From: Phoronis australis
Lineage: Eukaryota; Animalia; Phoronida
Length of the DNA stretch: 64,000 nt
Direction of reading: 5' to 3'
Assembly (NCBI GenBank): GCA_002633005.1
Contig: NMRA01000032.1
Coordinates: 1,096,911 to 1,160,910, forward strand
The notes beneath the pieces were generated by a model, which was given only the letters and a program-made list of their open reading frames with translations, ran no database searches and had not been told where the DNA came from. Numbering within the stretch: the first letter of the stretch is position 1; each line of letters starts with the position of its first letter. A program made the translations under genes and the position numbers. This document shows, in pieces, positions 12,201 to 23,988 of this stretch.

Positions 12201-15200
12201 TCAATTAGCTGTGAATTAGTTAGAGATTACTTCAGTTTCCAGGTTGTCAGTCAGCCATTGACTGTGCAGATTTTATCGGTAATAGTCTGATATAACGTGT
12301 CCGAATTTTGAGAACCAGTTTTCCCCACTAAATGACGGGCATCAAACTGGTTCTCAAAATACGGGCATGTTATATCAGACTATTGCCTACTAGATTTTAT
12401 CAGTTAGTTTTGTTAATAGTTTAATGAAAAAGGGAAAGTAATGAGAAGATATCTGACTGCATTACTGTGATGTGGTTTTGCTAAGTGTATGCAAACCTTG
12501 TACCAGTTGTAGATTACTGAATGTGTTTATTACGGTAAATATGTTTTGTAAGCTCATCTTAGGTTTTACTCCTTAGTGTTATGTTGGCATGGTGATAAGA
12601 GCAGAGTGATGGTCTGATGCTGTTATTGTTGTTTAATGTAAAACTGTCACGAAATGGTACCTTGGTATTTGAATAGACCAAGCGTCCACGTGACTGGTTA
12701 TTGAAGTCATCAATCAAGTTGTGCTGTTTTGGTACTGTAAAGGTTATGTAGGACCCTCAGAGAAATTTCCAATTTTGTCAAACTTAGAATGTCATATCTC
12801 AGAAATGGATGATCGGATTCAAATGAATCTTTCAGACACTGTGCCTTGTGCACTGTTTCCAAAACGCTGTTAGGAATTCTTTTTAAAATGTTCCTCTTTT
12901 GCATGAGGAACTATAAAGAATAGGACTTCTGTGATTTTCATGAAAAACTCAAAAGTTACATAAAGCAAAAACGAATTGACAAATTAGAAAACTGCAATAA
13001 CATTTTTGATATTTCAGGTTGAACATTTATAACAAATGACGATGTTGTTTTGTTATCCATGTATCTTTCTTTTTTGCTAAATTTTACTAAAAAAACTTGG
13101 TCACATGACTCAATGGCAGATCGGTAAAAAGTCAAAAATCGAATTCTATAGTTTTTTTTTACTTTCGGGAAATATATATTTCTGAGTTAAAATCTGTAAT
13201 TTTTAGATATTTGGCTAAATAGGCAGGCTGGTCAATATGGTCCTACATAACTTTAAGAATATACCTTTGTATTGTATGCAAGTATGATTTGTTTTCCTGT
13301 GTGTTTTTGTGTGTGCTTTATTTTTCCTTTGTTTCTAACTCCACTAACTGCACCCACTCGGTCTTTTAATGCCTGTTTACCAACATCTGCGTCCTCCTAA
13401 CGCTGACTTGGCTTTGGACTAACCAAAACCCTGCTTTAGCACACGGTGAAACTAGAAGGTTGGTTGTGTGATGGGTAGCATTCTTAACCTTAATAGGATT
13501 GCTGTTTGTCCTGTACAGGCAGTGAGACATAACCTTTCCTAAAAAGCTTCGTTTACTTAGCAATAGTATTTAGAAAGGTGCATGGTCTCTTTCAGTTAGT
13601 TGCTTGGTTTATATTTTGTGATTTTAAAGTCGCCGCAGCATTGATTAATTTGAAGTTAATTAAGTGACTTCCTGCATGTTTTGATTTTAAGTTTTGCTTG
13701 AGATGCCTCTGCAACTCTTTCCTTACTCACGTTTCGTCCTGAAACTTTAAACTTATAGATAATGGTAAATACAAATTTTTCGACTGACTGTTTGCTTCAG
13801 TTTTAGAAGATATTAGAACTAACATACTGACAACTGTTTGTATATCAAAATTGTAATTTCTTCCTATTTTCTAAAAGATAACAAGATAACATATTCACTT
13901 CTTGCTGTTTTTCTGGTAACAATATTGAATTGTGTAACAGAAAGATACTAGTTTTCATTAAGTTGTTTTTGTTCTGTTACATAATTTTTCAAATTGGTTT
14001 TGTTACGGTCAAAATTAAGCCAAAGTTCAATGACACCTACAGCGCCATTTTGTTTAACCTTCTTTATGCCTGGAACACTAAGTGTTTTTATGCAATCAGA
14101 TTTACTGCAGCAAACTTGATTCATTTGCAGCGAAATCTCATCACTTGAGCGAGAAGTGAAGTTTTCTTTTCTGTCAAAGATATGTCATACCAAATTAATG
14201 CTTTTCCAAGTCCAACAACATATGACCTTCCACAACAATGCTAGAATCATTTGAAGATGATAAATGTGTAATTTCAACAATTATTTTCACCCAAAATTGG
14301 TGATTTTCAACCGTAGTTCAAAGTTGGCGATTTTCTCAGAGTGTAATGCTGGTTTTTGAAAGTTTGCTTTCAAAAGTTTTAACTGAACGTTACACTAACA
14401 TTATGCCAACAATGTAAAAACTTAAGAAGTCAAATTCTGAGGAATTTACGTTTTTAACCTTCTTCACAGTCACCTCATAAATCTTTGACTAATAAACTCA
14501 TTCTGAATGATTTGCTCACCTTTTTCAGTGTCTTTGCCTCTCATTGCACAAAGAGTTGCAGAAGTTATCTCCCTTGTGTTTTTGTGTATTCCACGAATCA
14601 CCATCAGCCAACTTTGGACCACGGCTAATTTAAAACATTTTTCACAATTATTGATGTTCGGATTTGGATGGGAAAGATTGGAAGTGGTCCTTAAATTCTT
14701 ATCATGTGCCACAGAATGCTTCGAGAAGGGACACTACTGTAAGAGGAGAACTGTTACTGCTTCTAAAAAAATTTATCACTTACTACGAAAACTTACCCAG
14801 CAGGAAGAAACCTTTCTTTAGAATCTGACCTTTACCTATACGCAGACTCAATCAACACCTTGGTTGGTCTGTGTGGTAGTTGTTGGTATATTTATGAAGT
14901 GTTTGACGTGCAGTGTGGTATTAAGGGACGTCCCCTCCCACTGTTGTTGTGAAATTTCCACTCATTCAGTGATACATGTTCTGTGGCCCATGGTTGGGCG
15001 TATTTTGGGACCTTTTCCAATTATCCTCATTTCCATGAGTACAAAGCATACACCTTCCCTGACACCCCTCCTTATGAATGTACAGAACTGTTGCTTTTTG
15101 TTGCCGTATCAGGATTTGTTCAGTTATGTCTTGAAATGACTTGAAAAAGCATTTATTTACCATTTTTATGTTTTAAAACCCTACGCTTATGGCAACCCTC

Positions 15201-18200
15201 AACCCCTGCCTCTAATTGTTTTGTACTCTTGTGAAAGTGGCGATATTTGTCATAATTCTCGTGGAATACACTTGGTGCATGTTGCCTGTCCCCTTGTTGC
15301 ATGTTAACCGTAGCCTACTTATGCTACTGTACAGAGCCCACGTACACTGCACAGTCTTGCCACACAGACACCGTGCAACCAATCAACGCAGACTGGCCGT
15401 GGCAAATCACCAGCCAGCCGTGTACGTCTATTCAAAGATTCCAGCACGCAAGACGGCAATGTAGGCACACGGCGCGTGGATAGTGTAGATGGCGCAGCCA
15501 GCCTAAATAGGTCACGTGGTTCGGATGGTTCGCCGTCGTCTTATTTTGGATCTCAGAAAAAAGATGTATCAACTGGTTTAATGTATGATAGTGATGAGTC
15601 AGGGTTAGGAGCCACTATGTATTCCTCTATATACGCACACGGTGGACGTGACAGTCAGCAGTCCACCATCTCAGGCCAACCAGATTCCTTTAGATTAAAC
15701 GTACCATCCCTTCCTTCTAGAAACACACCGGGCAGTGTTTCTCACGACTTTCCTAGCTTGCACAGTCCTCTTCAGTCGACCCGGTTGAGCCCAAGTCATC
15801 CATCTACTAGAGAGGTTACTTTTCGCCCTTCAGTGTCTCCACAGCCCTCCGACGATATCCCGTCTTTGTCTAGTACATGTCCAAGGTCTACAATGCACTT
15901 TCCTGAACAGGCCAAAGCGTCTTCCAGTGTTCTTCATGATGAAGGCACAAGACTGTCCATTCCTGCTAGAAGCCCATCTCAACCAGCTGTATTCCAGAAC
16001 CCACTTAATACAGAACTGAGCCATTCTAATCCTGCAGCTTCATTCATTAGCAATGGCACCTCGTTATTATCACCATCTGTAACACACAGACCTCGGCAGG
16101 CCACGATTGGCTCAGAAACTGAGCCAGTTTGTCTCTCGTCCAATAGTCACACTCAAACTACGAGTCCTAAGACGCGAGATGCTCACCAACAGACTCGACT
16201 TCAAAAAGAGACAATGTCCACCCAGACGCGGATCAGTCGCTCCTCAGCATCTGTTCAGACCCCACGCTATAAGGAAAACGCTAGCTCTCAAACCATGCCT
16301 GATAAACTGAGTCCAGAGGAAATTCAAGCTATGTGTCAGCGATTGAAGGCTAGAAATGACAGAATGTCGCAAGCAAGCTCTTCAAGCTCTGGGCGTGTTC
16401 ATATTAGTCCTGAGAAAATCAAAGCCATGAGGCAGAACCTTAAAGCTAAAAACGACGAACTATTGGAACTGAGGAGGAAACATAACTCTGTTGATACGCA
16501 GACACCTTACGACAGTGCCACACAAACCCCTTCACATTCCTCAACTCAGACAAAGTCCAGCAAAAGCAGAGCTTTGGAAAACCTGTTGAGTAGTGTAAAA
16601 GACTTGAAGAAAGATGTAGTCGAGCGTACTAGACGGTATGAGAACGACAACAGTTCGTTTGGACAGTTGAGTTTCAGGCAGTTATCTGATGATGATTCTG
16701 ATCTCGGAGTGTCCGAGTTACTGAAGTCTTCACAGTCGATTAGGGCTCCATCTGTTGGCCGTTCTCCACCATCATCTCACTCATTTCGATCGCCATCCCC
16801 AGCCCGTGCTTCCAGATCTCCGCGACGGTTGCCCAGCAAAGCAGAACGCCCTCTATCACCACCCAGGTCATTAAGCCCGCAACGTCCTTACCCTTCTAGA
16901 TATTCTCCTTCTTCTCCTCTGAGGTCACCTGGCAACCCACTGTCTCCACGACGACCATATTCTGGCCTTGACAGCAGTTTTAACTCCACTCTCCCGTCAC
17001 CGTACCAAGTCTTCAAGTCTGGACACCAGGAATTTCCCCCATCTCCTTCTCCTGTTACCTCTCCTATATCTCCATACCCCCCTCATGTGTTGGCCCAACC
17101 CCCTCAGTTTGTTAGTCCACCGCCGCCAACGCCGCCAGTAGCTGTTCCCATAGTAACTGTCCCTGTGACACCTGTTGTTAACCCTGTGATCACTGCTCAG
17201 CCTGTCACTGTCCTCCCTGTGTCGCACCCCAAACAAATGAATGTCAAACACTTTTACAGAGTTTACGAGAAGAAATAAATTTATTTTTATAGAATTTACA
17301 GTTTAAAAGTTGACCTTGTTTGTTACTTGCATTAAGTAAACTTTTTGACGAATATAATAATTTATACACTTTTTGATGATTATAATATTATACTCCATTT
17401 GAGAATTTTGAAAACACGATGTTTTAAGTGACACAAGGCCATTTTTACATAAGATATTTTTGTATTAGTGCTACAATTTTCTTTTATATAGATTTGTATG
17501 TATTTAGGATATTTGTGATATTTTTGCTTCGATCTGTGTATTTGTAGTGATTTTAAGTTAGTACATTGTACAGGATCTCAGCATGAGTGTGTGCGTGCCA
17601 AAATGTTCTACGGTTGCTTGCTAAACTTTTGATTTATACACATCTGGAAATTGTGGTAAAATGTCGTTTGTTGAATTCACTTTCAGTTAGGTCTTGCTCT
17701 GTATCCCAGCGAATTTGTGTAATGTTTTGTTAAGTTTTGCTTGAGAAGTAGTCCCAAAGATTAGGGCTACAGGGTAGTTCTTCACTTACTTAGCACACAG
17801 CAGGACAGAAATTGTCTGGCGTTAAATCTCTTCACAAAAGTAAAGGTTAAGTTAATTTTAGTCTTTTACAAGCATGGATTGTTGTGTGTAGGTGTCGTAA
17901 AACATCATTTGCTAAAATTCCCATTATTAGTTTTGAGCAAAATGAGTGAAGAATTACCTTACATATCTTTAGCAGTAAATTGTATATGGTTTATTTGTTT
18001 AGCGTTGTTGCACTGAAACGTTATACTTTTGCTTGTTAGGTTATTAGCAGAAATTTGTTTTTTTAGAAAATTGCTGTTAGCAGAAATTTATTTTTTAGAA
18101 AATTGCGATGTTCATATTTTTTTCTGGTAATCTATAGATCGTAGTCAACATTAACTTATTAAATTATGCGATGTTTAAATGAATGCTTACCTCGACTTGG

Positions 18201-21200
18201 TACTTAAAAACAACTTGTTCTTAAAGTTGTTATTTGTGGTTAATCAAAAATATGTAGAAATAATCCTTTGTGGAGATCTTTTATTACTTTAAGGTTATGT
18301 AGGACCCTGGAAATAAAATCACAAATTTTTCTAGCTTTGGAACATCATATTTCAGAGAAAGCTGATCGGATTTATGTGAAACTGTCAAATACAGGGCTTG
18401 AAATTTACCTCTTTTAAGAGGATTTCCTCTTTTTGTTTTTGATTTCCTCTTATTTGATTTCAAGTTTCATCTGTTTTGTCTCTTTTTTCATTATTTTGAC
18501 TTTATTCAGATAAAAAAATATTTCTATCACAAAAGCCTATTTTATTTGTGGAACGATACATCACCTGGAAAATTTTCCTCTTTTTTTGTCATTGGTCAAA
18601 CCAAGTACTGCAAATACCATGTTTTTTGTACTGTTCTCCAGTTTGCCGTTAGGAATTGTTTTTTAAAATATTCCATTTTTGCATGAGGGGCTATCAAAAC
18701 ATTGGCACTTCATGATTTTCATGAAGAAAAAAATCAAAGTTGTATAAACAAAATGGTAATTCTAATTTGAGAAATCTTTAATGACTTTTTTGAGATTTCA
18801 TTATGAACATAAATGTCAAACAAAATTTGGTCATGTTATTGACTCTGTTGTTTTGTTATCAATGTACTTTATACATTTGTTTTAGGCTAAATTTTACCAA
18901 ACAAGATTGGTCTCATGACCAGTCAAAAATCAAATTCTACGATCTTTCCACTTCCAGAAATTTTATATTATCTATAGTTTTGTAGTTATGTATATAAATA
19001 TACAGGTCCTACATAACTTTAAGCTTATTTGTAGGAAAAAGGTATGAAAATGGTCGATTGTAGTACTTGTCACTCTAAGAGTGACTTAGATTATTTATAA
19101 TTGTTATTTGTCACAATCTTAGGGTAGAACGGGTTATGTTTTGATAAAGCACGGTATGCCACATTAAAAGTCACTTTGTGTGGAGAAGTTTGGAATTATT
19201 TCATAATAAATTATTAATTGACCGACTTAATTCTGTTTATATCTTTTATATAACCTTGAAGTTCCCTTTTGTGGTCAGGTTGATATTACAGTCTATAATA
19301 GGACTGGTTTTCGCTAAACTTTTTGTACTGATATAAATCCTGAAAAACATTAGGCAAATATTACGCTAACAAGATTTGCAAGCAGGTGAACGAGAAAGCG
19401 TGCACTGTTTACCCCAGAATATCCAGTGACTTCCTCAACACATCAAAGGCTTGATGGCACTGTCACAGATTGAAGTGAGCTAGTCGCTATTCATGGGCTT
19501 GGCTGAACATGTTGGATGAGAAATTTGCGGTTAAGGTTGTAAGCCTGTTTAGCGTGCAAGTTTCAAAGTCAAAAAATGACCAATAAGTAAGGCAAGTGAC
19601 CAACATGAATTTTCAAAATTGAAAAGTAAATGATATCCTTTGAATTTTTAAAATCGATTCACTATAAGAGAAATAAGCGAATAGTTTTTCTTCAAAATCG
19701 TGGCTAATCCACGAGCATCAGTTTGTGAATCTATTAGGATGGGTCAATCACAGTCTGGCTTGGGCTCGCTTAGGCGTTGGGGTAATAAAACCTCAAATGT
19801 TAGCGTTGGAGTTGTCTCGTGATCATTACCTTGAAACTCTAAAGTTCCGTCGGATGCCATCTTGGATTTCTAAGCGAACTAGCTATTGAGAGTGATCGCG
19901 CGTACTCACCTACGCTCGCTTGTGCTTGCTTGATAAAAATGGCTCAGGCCCGCCTTATTGAACATGCTTCAGGTTTATACATATTTTAATATTCTCATTT
20001 GTAAAAAAGTAATTTGTTGGCTTGTTTTTCTGTCTCTTGTGAGATAAGTTATGGGTCACATTGATTGTTTTGAAAACAAAAATTAATGAACTATATGTCC
20101 AAAGTTGCCAAACGGTCCACATTTCATATGCATCTTACTAGTTTTTGTAAAATACTACCGTCAATCATTTTTGTCACATTTTTATCTCGTGTTTATTCTT
20201 ATTGGTATTATTGATAATAAATTTTCAACTCGAGAGAGTTTGCAAAGCAATTTAATTTTGTTATCATTTGTCATAAATCACATTCTCTATACCACTTTCA
20301 AATCTTTATCACAGATCGTGTGATAAATCTTGTTGGTTTATGTCTCGAAAATGAAGATCAACTGAATTACGGTTTTATATCAAACAATATTACATATGAA
20401 TAACAAACAGCTTTTAACTAGGTGCTGTCTCTCAAAGACATGTTGGGTGGAAAATATTTTTATTGGAAAATTTTACATTAAATTTCTGGTTGTAATTTTT
20501 GAAAAGAGATAGTTCATTATAATTATGCCAGGTGAGTACATTAAATTTATTCTTGATTTAATTTTGAACTTGATCTAAATTTCGGTGAATCCTTGTCTAT
20601 TACTGCGCAGGCAGTTTCCGAATGGAGCCTACTTGTTGGCGTGGATTGAATTTGCCTTAAAAATGTTCCCACTTTACATAATCAACTTCATTAACTTACT
20701 GGCAATACAAAAACCTTAATTAATAAGTTTGTTATGAGGCCTTTGAATGTGTTGCACCAAGTGGTTTCCAAATGGAGTGTTAAGAACAACATTTTTACTG
20801 TATCAAGCTTCATTAGGTACAACCTTGAAAATCCACTAGGTAATCAATAACTGCCTACCTGTTAGTTTAGTTTATTGACACAGGTAGTGGCACTATGGTG
20901 TGTGAGAGAGGGAGTTAGTACAATCAACCACTGGGGACTATTTATTCACATTGGTGTGCGAGTTATACAATACATTCAACAGGGGCTCAGCTACAGTGTT
21001 TGCCAATGGGCTCCTGCAGTTTTGTGTCCGAGCCATTGATATGGGGTAAAAAAACATGTCATTGTCAAGTGTGAGCTTGGGCTGATGTGTTAAGGTGGTT
21101 GGAAGAGTTGTGAGGTGGACTCATGCAGGAACTTGAGGCTGAGGCTTGCTGCTGACACCTTAGAATTTCTCAGTGCTGAAAATGTCAGCATAAATGATCA

Positions 21201-23913
21201 AAGATCATGTTGTGGAATGCCTTTCATGATAACAATTATTTTGTTACTGGAGGAATGCTAAATCTACGCTCTGGGGAGTTTTAAAGGGAGCTGCGCTCTG
21301 TCAAGATTTGTTGTGGTGATAATAGTCTTAGAAGTGACGGCTGGTAATTTTATGGGTACTGGAGTACCTTGCTGTTGATAAGGTTCTGTCCTCGCTCTGC
21401 TGAGACGGAAATTACTTATGGATTAAGCCACATGTCTGGATCAGGTTTAGTATATACTGCAAGAGACTGTGTTGGTCTAGTTTCTGCTTGAGAACGTTAC
21501 CATCTTCCATGGAGGATGGTCGCAGTGCTTGTGAATTTTCTGTGAATTATGGGAGCTGCAAACTCCAGAGATGGCTACCGTAGACGCAGTCGCACGTTGT
21601 CGTTACGACGAAAAAGGGTAATCAAACGCTTCAGATGTTTGTTCTAGCTGAGCAAACACGTTGTAGTTGTAGATACAGGTAGCTTGTAGGTGTGAGTGTC
21701 AGTCCTGATGTCGCGATGGTTTGCAGGATGTTGTGGGTCCGATAAGCAGTGGATACGTCATAAACGAGATGGTAAACCCAGAGGAATAAAGGTGGGCGTA
21801 CGCTACTGAGGGTGTTGGAATGGGGACATTTTGTAAACGTGAATTCTGAGAGCTTTTGGTTTTTTGTGATTTTTTGTTTAAATGTTTGAATATTTGGATC
21901 AGCGTGGGATAGCATCTTGGAGGGTTGTAGATCATGTGGCATGGACTGATATATAGGAATACACCATCCTGGCCTTCAAGTTTGTGTGCTACTATTTGTT
22001 GAAGGAATTTTGTGGAAATGCATCAATTATGAATGGTAACCCAGTTAGTTTTGGCCACTGTCCTATTGCATAATGGCAGGTCTATATTCAAATCACATTT
22101 TGTCTCATCTATTCACTATTATATTGCACTCAATGACAGTCCATCGCAGCATTGACCGGTTAACTATTTTCATTCATGCAGTTCATCTCATTGTATACTA
22201 TAACCTATAACAGATCTATTCTTACTACTGAGCAACCCTTGATTGCTGAACACTCTTTGAGATGCTTTGAAAGGTCCCAGGCCAGTCACGAATTGGATAC
22301 GGAGAGCCACTGTTGCTATCATAAAAATATCCTTCTGTCAACATGTACAAATCTTTAATGTAATTTAATCAAACACGATCTACTATGATATCCCTCACAG
22401 TCAAGATGCGCTTGTTGACTTGGTTGTTGCAACTTCTCTTCCACAATCTCAGTGGGTTTTGTTTCTCAATTTGAACTATGCTGATAAGTTGGACGCATGA
22501 CCTTTACACCTTGCATGGCAGGTTTTTGGTTTTCTTTAAGTGGTGATTTGGGTTATTTTGGTTTGGCCTAAATTTGTTTTACTGGAATGAAAAGATGTAC
22601 ATGCTTGCTGTGTTTTCCAAAGGTAAGGTGTCTTCTATGTTTTTGTTTAGTGTGTGTTACGTTGGTGTTAATTGTATACAGGAGAACTTGGTTTGCTAGT
22701 TACAGTTTTGAGATTGAAAATTGGCAAAGTCAGGAGGATAGGGTATGTAGTGCGTTCACATCTTTATGGAGCTTTGTATTTCCAAGTTATTGACTTATTT
22801 GCAGTGGCCAGCAATTACCAGACTTAAATCTGCAAACAAAAAGAGGTATTAACCAAATATTTGCTTGCTGATAAACAAATGCTGATTTTTAAGGGCTTGA
22901 TAGGAGTCCCCAGCAGTGTATTTATTTTAAACTCTTTACTGTGCAGCAGGCTTCGACAAGGTTTGAAGTTGAAATGGAATTCTTAAATGCGTTTGGCTTC
23001 AGTATATAGTTTACTGTTGGGCATTGCAGCATTTCAAGCTGTTGGTTCTGGCAATAGGGTAAAATTTCGCCAATTTAGGACACAATATGGCCGACAAGTT
23101 GAAATATATTTTCTCATCTTTTTAATGAAAGATACGCAGCATTAAATTAATGCCTCAATATTTTTGAAAAACATGTGGGCATTCACAACAAAGTTAAATA
23201 AATTGAAAAACGGAAATAGTAGCAGTTATTTTTGTCGGAAATTGGTAAAATTTCACCGTAAGACTCCGTGGACACTCAGGGCTTAAGTTGTGGTCACATT
23301 TATTATTTGATGCTAATATTGTTGACGTAACATTATTCCTAAATCTGAAATTCTTCGGTCCCTAACCCTTATTTCTTATAAAACTTCCCAAAATGTCATG
23401 AATTTCTATTTTTTCTGTCAGATGTTATTGATTACATTGATTTTGTGATTGTCGTTGAAATGAAAGTGTATGAGGAGGCAGATTTGTACCATGCAGGACC
23501 TGATATTAGAGTTTGTTTGAATTGAAAGAGCTTTTATTGATTTGACATATTCCTGATTACTCAGGGATCTAATTTTATTCAAAGGGTATGTGCTTTAATC
23601 AGGATAGCAGGTAATCCTTACTGTAGGGAATAATACCAGGAGTATTCATTCCATGCCAGTAATACCTGGTTGCTAATAGGATTGCAAATGTCGCTGTCAT
23701 GTATCCAAGCAAATGATTGACATGGGGGTGAATTGGAGCTATTCTGCTTCTTTGTTTAAGTTACATTGAGCGATGCTTCCACAAGTGATCAGCCAACTTT
23801 AAAGTAAGATACAATATAAGTAAAATAACATCATTCCCAGTGTAGTACTGCCATAGAAAACAATAAGTGTTAACGAACTTTATTTAAAAACATTCGACAC
23901 TCGCCATTGTGTG

Positions 23914-23988
<75 letters not shown>

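Noticed and set aside
13519-13521. Possible 3-nt microexon (ctgtacag|GCA|gtgaga)
   Set aside because: It would leave only a 60-nt intron after 13458 and cannot be told from chance without reads.
18044-18106. 31-bp tandem duplication (ttagcagaaattt...agaaaattgc x2)
   Set aside because: Ordinary local slippage duplication.
19531-20828. Possible 1.3-kb TTAA-flanked element (ggttgta...tacaacc)
   Set aside because: Only 7 bp of inverted match and no second copy in the window.
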